Assembly (NCBI GenBank): GCA_964621785.1
Contig: CAZUPD010000021.1
Coordinates: 2,009 to 66,008, forward strand
Length of the DNA: 64,000 bases
Direction of reading: 5' to 3'
Source of the DNA: an uncultured Nannocystaceae bacterium
GTDB lineage: Bacteria; Myxococcota_A; Polyangia; Nannocystales; Nannocystaceae
A program made the translations under genes and the position numbers. Under the pieces are notes generated by a model. That model searched no databases. It saw only the letters and a program-made list of their open reading frames with translations, and was not told the DNA's origin. Shown here one piece after another: positions 27,412 through 36,270 of this stretch; within the stretch, counting starts at the first letter, position 1, and the number at the start of each line of letters is the position of its first letter.

Positions 27412-28077
27412 TTACGCACCGTCTTGGTGCAGCAATTCGTCGAGTGTGAGGTCGACTAGGGCTTCGATGTGGCGACGGCGTTTGTCGAGTGCACGCGTAG
27501 ACAAAACGTCGCGATCGAACAGGTCGACCAAAAGTGGTTCGTACAAAAACGGGGCGATGATGGCTCCGAACATCGAGATGATGACGTCCTCGAGACTTCC
27601 GAGGTTGGGGTGAAGCGGGGTCGCAATGAACGGTTTGAGTGCTTGTAAAAGGGGCTGCAGGTAGTTGGAGACCAGCTCGCGCAGGTACGGTTCGCGGTTG
27701 AGAAGGGCGCGTTGGATCAGCCGCGGGATGTCGCGCTGACTGGCGAGGTGCTCGAGGTACAGACCGATGGCGCGATGGATCCGGTCGCGTGGGGAGCCGG
27801 GTTGCGAAAACTCGGTCAGCAGACGCTCACGCAAACCTCCCATCGCATGGTCGAGGACGCGTCGGTAGAGGCCTTCTTTGGAACCGAAGTGGTAACGAAC
27901 CAGCGATGGATTGACGCCCGCATCACCGGCGATGTCGCGGACCGAAGCTCCAGCAAATCCGTGGGTGGCAAACGCCGAGCGGGCGGATTCAAGCAACGCC
28001 TGAGCTGTGCGGTCTCCGCGCTCTTCGCGGCCATCCATCGCCGAAGGGCTCAAATGGTCATTTAGATGGGAATCCAT
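27412..28077 (-). CDS. TetR/AcrR family transcriptional regulator
   Basis: HTH: LLESARSAFATHGFAGASVRDIAGDAGVNPSLVRYHFGSKEGLY. Confidence 0.9.
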   Translation of the reverse strand: MDSHLNDHLSPSAMDGREERGDRTAQALLESARSAFATHGFAGASVRDIAGDAGVNPSLVRYHFGSKEGLYRRVLDHAMGGLRERLLTEFSQPGSPRDRIHRAIGLYLEHLASQRDIPRLIQRALLNREPYLRELVSNYLQPLLQALKPFIATPLHPNLGSLEDVIISMFGAIIAPFLYEPLLVDLFDRDVLSTRALDKRRRHIEALVDLTLDELLHQDGA

Positions 28078-29035
28078 GGCTAGATAGAGTTTTTACACAA
28101 TCGTTTAATTTTTTCCAGAGAAAATTACACGACTGGTTAACTTTTTTCTTGGTCGACCCCGATCGCCGTGTCGACCGGCGATCCGTCGGCGCGAAGTTTG
28201 TCGGACATCCGGCGGTTCAATGCTCGGGCAACGCGGCGGGTGGCGGGACTTCGGAATCGTGAGTGGTCGGATTGCTTGGTCCTCGCGATGCAACTTCGAT
28301 GCCTGCGGGTGAGCTCGCGCGCAAAAAAATGGACCGCGTATCGAATGCAATTTCCGAGCTGCAAGCGCACGCGAAAAGGTCGCTCGGGGAGGGAAGTCGG
28401 CGCCCACAAGCAGATGTATCAGCACTTTAAAATGACAAAATTGAGGCGTTTTTTAGCGTTAATTCGATACATTCGAAAAAAGTTTTGTCGGTGGATTCGG
28501 CTGGTTCGGTGCGGACCTGGGTCGTCGACGTGGAGCGCAACTGCGAGATAGTCCCCCCCGAGTACGTTGCGACCACACTCCGATCGAGAAAGTGTACGAA
28601 GTTGGTTGACGAACTTCGGAATGTGATCGATCCTCGGCAAACCACTTTGTCGGGATGCATGACGAAGTGGCGTGGCACGTGGTCGGCCACACTGCACCGA
28701 AGCGGTGCACTGCAATTTCCGGGAGACGTTTTCTGACCACGCTTGCAGCAGGTAGCAATCGGATCACAGGAGACAGTTGCGAACTCGCCGTCACCGCGCG
28801 CACCGTTAAAGTCGTTTTCTTGACTTGGCCGTGGGCAGGCACGTCGTGCAAAATCGAGCAAAAAGGGGAGATCCTTCCGGGAAATTTCCGTTTGATCCAC
28901 AGCTCGATTTTTGTGGGAGACACCGGCCCGAGAGCTTGTGAAACGCGGCGCTGACAGCGAAAACACAGTAGAAGGCCCGTGTCAGGAAGTTGACTGGTGT
29001 GCTGAACAAATGTTAGTGGAGTTCTTGCGTTCAGT
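28078..29035. other. 958-bp region with no convincing CDS (divergent TetR / helicase upstream region)
   Basis: All ORFs here are non-protein-like. A hand count over 40 codons (28741-28860) gives 62/52/57% GC at the three phases, so there is no codon periodicity. AT-rich patches lie at 28081-28150 and 28420-28490. Also present: perfect palindrome GGAAATTTCC (~28881-28890), the AATTTCCG motif three times, and the 8-bp inverted repeat GATCGCCG/CGGCGATC at 28161-28183. Confidence 0.6.
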
Positions 29036-31648
29036 ATGAACGGAACTCGGCGAACAATGCTACAGCATTCACCAGGCTTTCCCCGCGCGCACTCCCTCCT
29101 TACCTCCGAAGCCGACCGCAGCGGTCTTGGTCGCGCTTCACCCGCCGCGGGGAAGCCTGATGTTTTTTCGAAGCCATCCTCGGTTGCTCAACAGCCCGAT
29201 CGATTGGCCGCCATCGAAGCCGCGTTGGTTCGTCGTCCCGATATCGACGTCGTAACGATCCAACGCAATCCAGGTGTGCCCGGTAGCTATGGCACTTGGG
29301 TTGCACCGCTCGATCCACGTCTGCAGCAAACCCTTTGTGAGCGTGGCATCGAGCGACCCTATCTCCATCAAGCCGAAGCGTTGCAAGCGATCGACCGCGG
29401 AGATGATGTCGTCCTCGCAACCTCGACCGCTTCCGGCAAGTCGCTTTGCTACCAAGTTCCGATCGTGTCCGCGGTGTGTGCCGACCCGCGGGCGCGAGCA
29501 TTGATGTTGTTTCCGACCAAAGCACTGGCCCGTGACCAGGTGCGAAGCCTGCGAGAACTCGCCGGCGATACGGTCGGCGCAGCTGTCTACGACGGCGATA
29601 CACCGCCGGCACAGCGACGAGCTGCCCGCGCCCGTGCCCACGCGGTGGCGACCAATCCCGACATGCTCCACCGCGGAGTGCTGCCCCATCACGATCGTTG
29701 GGGCGATTTTTTGGCCAACCTCCGCTACGTCGTCATCGACGAGTTGCACACCTACCGCGGTGTGTTCGGCAGCCATGTCGCCAACATCCTTCGCCGGTTG
29801 TGGCGAGTGTGTCGCCACCACGGATCAACGCCCCAGGTCATCGCCTGCTCGGCGACCATCGCCAACCCCGAAGAACTCGCGCGCGAGGTGACCGGTCGCA
29901 ATCGCTGGCAGGTCATCGACCACAACGCCGCACCCGCAGGTCCGCGGACATTTGTCATCGTCAATCCCCACGTCGTCGATCCGATCACGGGCGTGCGGGG
30001 TGACTACCTCAAAGCCACGCGTTCGGTCGCCTCGCTGTTTCGCCAGGCCAAAGTTTCGACCCTTACGTTTTGCCGCACGCGCAAAGCCGTCGAGTTGCTG
30101 ACCCGCTACCTCCGCGAAGACGAAGCCGGTGTGAAGCCCGACAGCGTTGGCGCAGGGGTCGACAAAGCAGCCGTCGCCCGTGCCCAAACTGCAGTGCGAG
30201 GCTATCGCGGAGGGTACTTGCCCGAGCGCCGACGAGAGGTCGAGCGTGCCCTCGTTGCTGGCGATGCGCGGATGGTCGTCACAACCCATGCGCTCGAGTT
30301 GGGTATCGATATCGGCGGTCTCGATGCCGTGGTGCTGGCGGGCTATCCCGGGACACGTGCAGCCACAGCGCAACGCTCCGGTCGGGCCGGGCGACGGGCG
30401 AGTGCCGCCCTGACGGTGTTGGTCCTGTCGTCGCGTCCGCTCGATCAAGTCGTCGCCGCCGATCCAGACTTTTTATTGGGGCGTCCACCCGAACACGCCC
30501 GCGTCGATCCTCTCAACCCCGAGATCCTCGTGCCCCACCTGCGATGCGCCGCCCACGAGTTACCACTTCGGTCGGGCGAACAAGTTGTCGGTGTCCCGCG
30601 CGACGAACTCCAACCCGCACTCGACTATCTCGCCGATGCGGGTGTGTTGCGGCGCGAAGGTGAGGGCGAGTCGGCGATGTACTTTTCGATCGGCAGCGGA
30701 TTTCCGGCCGACAGCGTCGACATCCGCGGGACTCTCGAAGAAAACTTTACGGTCGTCGAAGTCGCCAGCGGGATGGCCCACAACGGCAGGATCCTCGCCG
30801 AAGTCGATTTTGAAGACGCACCGCTGTACCTGCATCCGGGAGCCATTTACGCGGTCGAAGGGCGGACCTACGAAGTCCTTCGCCTCGATTGGAACGAGCG
30901 CAAAGCCTATGTCCGCCATGCGTCGGTCACCTATTACACCGAGGCCATGACCGAGACTCGGGTGCGGGTGATCGAGCCACTGACCGACGGGTTTGAAACC
31001 CCCGACCACAGCGGTGACGATGCTGGGCGCCACCCCCACGGCACCGGTCACGCCGAGTTGTTGCGCAAGGTGCCGGGGTTCAAAAAACTCCGCTTTCGCA
31101 GCCACGAAAACATCGGCTTTGGTCCGGTCAATCTGCCCGACTTAGAACTGCAAACGATCGCCGCCCACTGGCGCGTGCCCGAAGCGTTTTTGGCCGAAGT
31201 CGACGACCCGGGAGCGAGGGCGGCGGCAGAACTCGCGGAGAACCATGTGATCCACCACTGTGCGGCGATGGTAATGATGTGCGACGTCTCGGATCTCGGA
31301 TGCGCCATCGCCAACGCGCCCTACAGCGGGACCTGGGCCAAGGTCGTCGCGGGTCGCCCCGATGCCACACAGTTGTTCGAGGCTGCGGCAACCCCATCGA
31401 TCTATCTCTACGACAACTTTTCTGGAGGCGCCGGGTTGAGTACCCAGATCCACAGCCTCGGCTCGGCGTTTTTTGAGCGCGCGCTGCAGGTGGTCGAAGG
31501 GTGTCTGTGTACCGCCGGCTGTCCGACCTGTCTGGGGGCGAGTTTTGGCAGCGGTGCGAGCTTCGGCGGGAGGTCCCATCTCCCACAGGACGTCCGGCGA
31601 AACGTCGCCGATCTCCTGCGCGCCCTGTGCCAGCAGGTTGTACGGTGA
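29036..31648 (+). CDS. mrfA: DExH-box helicase with C-terminal DUF1998 zinc module (MrfA/YprA/Hrq1-like)
   Basis: Motif I TSTASGKSLCYQ, motif II VVIDELH, helicase C region (VVTTHALELGIDIGGLDAVVLAGYPG), and C-terminal CLCTAGCPTCLG four-Cys cluster. Confidence 0.85.
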   Translation: MNGTRRTMLQHSPGFPRAHSLLTSEADRSGLGRASPAAGKPDVFSKPSSVAQQPDRLAAIEAALVRRPDIDVVTIQRNPGVPGSYGTWVAPLDPRLQQTLCERGIERPYLHQAEALQAIDRGDDVVLATSTASGKSLCYQVPIVSAVCADPRARALMLFPTKALARDQVRSLRELAGDTVGAAVYDGDTPPAQRRAARARAHAVATNPDMLHRGVLPHHDRWGDFLANLRYVVIDELHTYRGVFGSHVANILRRLWRVCRHHGSTPQVIACSATIANPEELAREVTGRNRWQVIDHNAAPAGPRTFVIVNPHVVDPITGVRGDYLKATRSVASLFRQAKVSTLTFCRTRKAVELLTRYLREDEAGVKPDSVGAGVDKAAVARAQTAVRGYRGGYLPERRREVERALVAGDARMVVTTHALELGIDIGGLDAVVLAGYPGTRAATAQRSGRAGRRASAALTVLVLSSRPLDQVVAADPDFLLGRPPEHARVDPLNPEILVPHLRCAAHELPLRSGEQVVGVPRDELQPALDYLADAGVLRREGEGESAMYFSIGSGFPADSVDIRGTLEENFTVVEVASGMAHNGRILAEVDFEDAPLYLHPGAIYAVEGRTYEVLRLDWNERKAYVRHASVTYYTEAMTETRVRVIEPLTDGFETPDHSGDDAGRHPHGTGHAELLRKVPGFKKLRFRSHENIGFGPVNLPDLELQTIAAHWRVPEAFLAEVDDPGARAAAELAENHVIHHCAAMVMMCDVSDLGCAIANAPYSGTWAKVVAGRPDATQLFEAAATPSIYLYDNFSGGAGLSTQIHSLGSAFFERALQVVEGCLCTAGCPTCLGASFGSGASFGGRSHLPQDVRRNVADLLRALCQQVVR

Positions 31649-32640
31649 AGCTCCGCGATCGGCTCAAACGCAGGTTTGGTCCCTCACCCGACAGCCGTGC
31701 GGCCAATTCTCATGATCATACAAGGGTTGGCGAGCACGACCCATCCGCGCAGCCATCGAAGTCAGTCGCTCCAGACGAATTTGTGTGCCAGTCACCGCAA
31801 GGGCGGTTTTTCGCAGCGAAGAACGGTTCGCCGGGGATGGCGCGGCGTGCATCGGCTGCGACGCAAAGGCAAGCGCGTGAGAAATGCCCAGCACCCGCAA
31901 CCGCAGGGAAGCGTTCACAAGTCGTAGCTGGAGCGGAGGCGAAGGGTCGAACAGCCGTGTCTGCAACGGGGAAGTGCACGCAGCGAATGGCAGTCGTCGC
32001 ACCACCAAACGTCAGTACGTCTGCGGCGGATGGGCTGTTTTCCCGGCGAAGGGTCGCCCTCGAATGTCGTGTGCACACGCAGATGGAGCGCAAAGCGTGT
32101 TCGCGGACACAACCCGCACGGCGCGACCGAGCGATCGGGCGCGACGATCATCATAGGCGGTCTCTCGTGCACGTGAATCGACCGCCTCGCGAGTCACCCC
32201 CTGTCAAACATGTCGAGACAAATCGAGGGGGGTGCCATCCGGCTCCGCTCCGAAAGCGGGGAGCCGAGGTCACAGGTGAGCAAGTCCGGCGAGGTGTGGA
32301 GCGCAGAGACCCGAGTCAAACGGAACAAGGGAGCCCACGTACCCGCGATCGTGGCGAGCAATATCGGCGAAGTGTCGACACAGACAGGCGCACCGGAGGT
32401 CGAGCCGTCGGGCAGCGGCAACTCCCCCGCCTGCTCGCCCGTGCGGTGTCCCGGATCGACGGTGCGCTCCCGGTGAGTCAGTCCGAACGCACCGCAGATT
32501 CTCCAGGTTATATGCATGCACATGCATCCTGGACGCTCCGACCCGATCCAAGTCGTCCCCGGGTTGCCGGTGGAGCTGTCGCAGCCAAGGTTTTACCATC
32601 GTGTACGCGTTGGCGTGACATTTTACGCACAATTGGTTGT
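31649..32640. other. 992-bp spacer between mrfA and mrfB with hairpins and internal repeats but no coding signal
   Basis: It is stop-free in the mrfB frame, but the translation is Arg-rich junk, and hand-counted third-position GC is about 50-55% versus about 70% in mrfB. GGCGAAGGGTCG occurs at 31938 and 32045. Hairpins at 32195-32234 and 32241-32265. Confidence 0.6.
32503..32532 (+). promoter_or_regulatory. AT-rich inverted repeat about 110 nt upstream of mrfB
   Basis: CCAGG-ttat-ATGCATG-ca-CATGCAT-CCTGG. The 7-bp arms are perfect (32512-32527) and are flanked by complementary CCAGG/CCTGG. Confidence 0.3.
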
Positions 32641-34233
32641 ATGAGCAAAAATGTTCGTCCGCGTGCACAGCAAGTGCCGGCGACTCGAACCGGAGGCTCG
32701 CCGGTCGTGTTCCTCGACCTCGAAACCACTGGCCTGTCGCGCGACGCAGGCACCCTGGCCTTTCTCGTCGGGATCGCCTATGTCCAGGGCGGACAGTGGC
32801 ACGTCGAACAGTGGACGCTCGGGCAGTTGCGGGCCGAAGCCGAGATGTTGTCCGCGGTCGCGGCTCGCGTCGAAAAGATCGCCGCCGAAGATGCCATGTT
32901 CGTGACCTTCAACGGGCGCTCCTTCGACCTGCCGCTGCTGCAGACCCGGATGGCGCGACTCGGCGTCCGAAGCCGACTCGGCGACCTGCCGCACCTCGAT
33001 CTTTTGCTCGTCGCCCGTCGCCTGTGGCGCGATCGCTTGGTCAACTGTCGTCTGGGGACGATCGAGACCAATGTGTTGGGGATCCGCAGGCGAGCTGATG
33101 TGTCGGGCAGTGAGATCCCGGCGCTGTACTGGGCTTGGCTGCAGGCGCCTCAGCGACGAGATCTGCGAGCACAGATGGAGCGGATCCGCGAGCACAACCA
33201 CCTCGATTTGATCTCTTTGGTGTTACTCGGGGGTGTCCTCGCCCAGCGAGCGCGTGCCCCGTCGTGCAGCGACGAAGCGCTTCGTGTCGCGCGGATGTAC
33301 GAGGCGGGCGGCCAGTTGGTGACCGCGCTTTCGACGGTCGAGGCCGCACTCGCTGGGCTGACAGAACCTTCTGGCATGCAGATACACCCAACTGGGTCCA
33401 GTACCGGTGCCATCAGTGCACCCAAAAAACGCACGTCTCAGGACAGAGTGTCTGACGCGGTTGTTGTGCGGCTGCACAGGACTTCGGCCGATGGGTCCCC
33501 GCGGGTGCAAGCGGAACAGCGGACGGAGTTTCGCCAGACCCTGCTCGCCTTGTGCCGGTCCTCGCCGAGCTCGCACAGCGTTTTACGACCGATGAGCTCA
33601 CGAGTGTCTTCGGCCCGAGGCGACGGGTCGCAACTGCACGCCCCGGCGTCTTCGCCCGTGTGGCGCGACGTTCAACTCCACTTGCGAACGGCCGGCCGCG
33701 CACCCACGGCTTGCGAGCACTCCGAGCCAACCTGTGGAGTGTCACGACACGCTGTTGCCGAGTTTGCAGATGGTTGTCGAACGCACACGCTCCCAAATCT
33801 CCAGCCCGAGGCGACGCGCGAGAAAAACCGTGGGCTGCGAGACGAACTCCGTGAGACCACCGGGCGGATCGAATTCCCGATCTACCCAGCCAATCCAAGC
33901 GTGTTTGCGCTCCTACAGCTCGCCGCCGACTTGTACCGGCGGACCGGCGAGCGGGTGGCGGCCGCCCGGTGTTGGGCAACCCTGTGTGAGTTGTTTCCCG
34001 GCGACCCACGGGCCCATGCCGGTCTCGCCAAATACCTCGAGCACGACCTGCGGGCCTTTGCTGCGGCCCTGTGGATCGCCGAGCGCTCGGCGACGCCAGA
34101 GGTCCGGCGAGTTCAGCGGTTGCGCAGCAAGTTGCGTCGAGCCATCGCGGCTTGCGACACCTCCAACACCGGCGAGACATGGTTTGCCAAACCCGCGTCT
34201 GGGGAGGACGTGTTACCCTCGGCTTGCACGTGA
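32641..34233 (+). CDS. mrfB: RNase H-fold DEDD 3'-5' exonuclease, YprB/MrfB-like, with C-terminal TPR-like region
   Basis: ATG 32641. VVFLDLETTGLS (DxE), FNGRSFDLPLL and EHNHLDLISL motifs are present. C-terminal helical repeat: ALLQLAADLYRRTGERVAAARCWATLCELFPGDPRAHAGLAKYLEHD. The middle ~180 aa is low complexity. Confidence 0.7.
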   Translation: MSKNVRPRAQQVPATRTGGSPVVFLDLETTGLSRDAGTLAFLVGIAYVQGGQWHVEQWTLGQLRAEAEMLSAVAARVEKIAAEDAMFVTFNGRSFDLPLLQTRMARLGVRSRLGDLPHLDLLLVARRLWRDRLVNCRLGTIETNVLGIRRRADVSGSEIPALYWAWLQAPQRRDLRAQMERIREHNHLDLISLVLLGGVLAQRARAPSCSDEALRVARMYEAGGQLVTALSTVEAALAGLTEPSGMQIHPTGSSTGAISAPKKRTSQDRVSDAVVVRLHRTSADGSPRVQAEQRTEFRQTLLALCRSSPSSHSVLRPMSSRVSSARGDGSQLHAPASSPVWRDVQLHLRTAGRAPTACEHSEPTCGVSRHAVAEFADGCRTHTLPNLQPEATREKNRGLRDELRETTGRIEFPIYPANPSVFALLQLAADLYRRTGERVAAARCWATLCELFPGDPRAHAGLAKYLEHDLRAFAAALWIAERSATPEVRRVQRLRSKLRRAIAACDTSNTGETWFAKPASGEDVLPSACT

Positions 34234-35201
34234 CCGCCGTTTCCTGTCACTCGTCTGTTCGCAGATCCGCCGCTGCACTCGTGCGCGGTGGCCTGTGTGT
34301 CGTGCTCAGCGGTTGTATGAGCCTCACGCCCCAGCTCGAGCCGACCGACATCCCGGCACTCGAGCAGGTCGAAAGCCGCGAAGATCGCGAACGGCTCTAC
34401 ACAGAAAACTCGATCTATGTGCACGAGGAGCCGGCCGGAACGCGCTACACCAAGGGCAACAACCCACGCTCCAAACCCCGGAGTTGGCAATCGCTCGACG
34501 CGATCCTGCGGTCCGATGCCAACTCCTCCGCAGCCTTGCCCTACAAGCAGCTGCGCACGAGTCGGGTGTTTACCGCCCTGACGATCCTTTCGTCGATGTT
34601 GGTGGTCGCCGGAGCTGCGGCATCCGCCCGTGAAGGGCTCGACCTCAACGAAATCTCGGCCGGCGGAGCTCTGTTGATCACGGGTGGTGTGCTCACGATC
34701 GCCAGCGGCGTCACCGCGGGTATCACCTACAACCGCGCCCGCAAGGGCTACGCACGAGCTGTCGATGTCTACAACGACAGCCTCGGATTGCGGCTCGGAG
34801 TCCTGACGCCCGAAGGCACGTGGAAGCCGTCCGAAGAAGTACTGGTCGACGACGAGGGGTTTGTGATTCTACGCGACAAAGAAGTCGTCGAAGCCAGGCG
34901 TACAGGGCCTGTGCCTGTACAACAAAATCCCGCCGTCGGACCCCAGCCAGCTGCACCACAACCTCCGGTGAGCACCCAACCTGCGCAACCACGACCGGTG
35001 CAGCCGCAACCGGTTCAGCCGCAACCGCAACCGGTTCAGCCTCCGCAGCCGGTGCAGCCGCAACCGGTGCAGCCGCAACCGGTTCAGCCGCAACCGCAAC
35101 CGGTTCAGCCCCAGTCGCAACCGACCGAAATCCCGGCACCGCCACCCGCTCAGCAGGCAATGGCGAACCCGCGTCCGCTTGCCCTGCTTCCGCACCGCTA
35201 G
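34230..35201 (+). CDS. lipoprotein with central TM pair and C-terminal (PVQPQ)n repeat
   Basis: GTG 34230 overlaps the mrfB stop (GTGA). Lipobox: GLCVVLSGC. Hydrophobic segments: VFTALTILSSMLVVAGAAA, GGALLITGGVLTIASGV. The tail reads PVQPQPVQPQPQPVQPPQPVQPQ... Confidence 0.6.
   Translation: MTAVSCHSSVRRSAAALVRGGLCVVLSGCMSLTPQLEPTDIPALEQVESREDRERLYTENSIYVHEEPAGTRYTKGNNPRSKPRSWQSLDAILRSDANSSAALPYKQLRTSRVFTALTILSSMLVVAGAAASAREGLDLNEISAGGALLITGGVLTIASGVTAGITYNRARKGYARAVDVYNDSLGLRLGVLTPEGTWKPSEEVLVDDEGFVILRDKEVVEARRTGPVPVQQNPAVGPQPAAPQPPVSTQPAQPRPVQPQPVQPQPQPVQPPQPVQPQPVQPQPVQPQPQPVQPQSQPTEIPAPPPAQQAMANPRPLALLPHR
34990..35115 (+). repeat. short tandem repeats (ccggt(g/t)cagccgcaa...) encoding the PVQPQ tract
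   Basis: Directly visible in lines 34981-35110. Confidence 0.85.
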
Positions 35202-35470
35202 CAGCCCGTGGATCCTCTCGCGTCGCCTCGTGCAGAAGATTTCGCCGGAGCGCCACGACAGTTGCGATACACGGTGCCCAACCTCGACGAAATCTGCGGC
35301 GCGAGACGCCGTGCGAGCCCGTGGAGCTCCTCGACATGAAGCTTCGCTTGCCGGAGTTGGGTCCCGAATTCGCGGAAGCCGTATTGTTTGGTCGTCTGCG
35401 CGGTCCTGGGTGACGAGGCTTGCCAGTCTGATTCAGGACGCGAGAACGCGGGATGATGCGCGGCTATTAT

Positions 35471-35618
35471 ATGCATTTACAAATTTGTGAGCGTAGCGGG
35501 GGAGGTCTTGTTGGATTGTTTTTGCAGGTCACCGGCTTGCAGATGCATTTACAAGTTTGTGAGCGTAGCGGGGAGGTCTTGTTGGATTGTTTCTGCAGGT
35601 CACTGGCTTGCAGATGCA
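35471..35618. repeat. intergenic tandem repeat, 72 nt + 71 nt + partial third unit
   Basis: Unit 1 (35471-35542) and unit 2 (35543-35613) differ by 3 substitutions and 1 indel. A third unit starts atgca at 35614. Each unit begins ATGCATTTACAA(A/G)TTTGTGA, and the palindrome ACAAATTTGT at 35479-35488 is perfect. Confidence 0.9.
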
Positions 35619-35898
35619 CGTAACCCTAGATTCTGCCTCGTCGCCTGCTGCGATTTGTGTCCCGAGCGCCCACAACTGTGTGCGATGGGCGGGCGGTCCG
35701 TGACCGTCGGGTGCATCACGGTCGGCGCAGACGGTTGGCGAAACTGCGGACGAACTTGCGACTTCACTCGCCCGGAGTGAAACATCACTCTGCGAAACTG
35801 CGGTGGAACTGCCACGAGTGAAAAAAATCGTGTTCCTCGGTCGCGTTTTTCGAGTTGCAGACTGGACATTCGGCCGCGACTGGGCCATTGCCATACAC

Positions 35899-36270
35899 AT
35901 GCTCGCGGCCACTCGCCTCTCACGCGCCATCACCGTGTTGGTGGTGCTCGTCCTCGGCGGGTGTAAGGAGCCGACCGGACCCGAGAAACCGATCTCCGGT
36001 GAGCAGCTGTTTTTCCAGCACTGCGCCCGTTGTCACGGTGTCGACGGCAAGGGGTTGCCCGAGGTCTCCGGGGTCCGCGACCTCACCGATCCGCAGTACA
36101 TGGGCACCATGAGCAACGACCAGGTTCGGCGTACGATCCAGCGGGGGAAGCCGCCCAACATGCCCGCGTTTGGCCGGCAGTTTGCCGAGCCCTCGCTCGA
36201 AGTGTTGGTCGCGTTTGTCCGCGGACTCAGTTCGCAGCCCAAGCCTGCAACCCCCCCACAGGAGCCGTGA
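35899..36270 (+). CDS. class I c-type cytochrome lipoprotein
   Basis: ATG 35899 gives MLAATRLSRAITVLVVLVLGGC (lipobox). Haem motif CARCHG. Confidence 0.75.
   Translation: MLAATRLSRAITVLVVLVLGGCKEPTGPEKPISGEQLFFQHCARCHGVDGKGLPEVSGVRDLTDPQYMGTMSNDQVRRTIQRGKPPNMPAFGRQFAEPSLEVLVAFVRGLSSQPKPATPPQEP

Noticed and set aside
28427-28966. 179-aa and neighbouring ORFs in the 0.96-kb gap upstream of the helicase
   Set aside because: They show no codon periodicity, have mixed Cys/Arg/Ser junk-like composition, and overlap one another in several frames.
29036-31648. Calling the helicase a DISARM DrmA/DrmB or Druantia DruE component
   Set aside because: The size (870 aa), the fused DUF1998 and the downstream YprB-like DEDD exonuclease fit the MrfA/MrfB repair pair. 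No PLD nuclease, SNF2 or very large partner genes are present. It is kept only as a low-priority alternative in the findings.
32210-32476. 88-aa ORF inside the spacer with mildly coding-like GC phase pattern
   Set aside because: The bias was seen in only one of three 60-nt samples. The sequence is hydrophilic and low-complexity (MSRQIEGGAIRLRSESGEPRSQ...). I saw no RBS and recognise no family.
31649-32640. Known RNA classes (RNase P, tmRNA, SRP RNA, group II intron, retron msr/msd) in the mrfA-mrfB spacer
   Set aside because: I looked for hallmark strings and found none convincing: GGAAAGUCCGG-type CR-I, a tRNA-like GGUUCGAnUCC 3' end, a GUGYG 5' end with a domain V AGC...GNRA hairpin, and an adjacent RT gene. 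Only a covariance-model scan can settle this.
31501-34233. Single 910-aa ORF spanning the mrfA 3' end, the spacer and mrfB
   Set aside because: Its first ~50 codons overlap the mrfA reading frame out of phase. The next ~330 codons are Arg-rich and non-protein-like, with low third-position GC by hand count. The recognisable exonuclease domain begins right at the ATG at 32641.
35198-35476. 92-aa minus-strand ORF in the gap after the PQ-repeat lipoprotein
   Set aside because: Two 60-nt samples showed a coding-like GC phase, but a third did not. The product is not recognisable, and its 3' end overlaps the convergent lipoprotein gene. I left it unannotated; ribosome profiling could revive it.
35471-35618. 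CRISPR array
   Set aside because: The units are directly abutting, 71-72 nt long, with no unique spacers, and no cas genes lie in the window.
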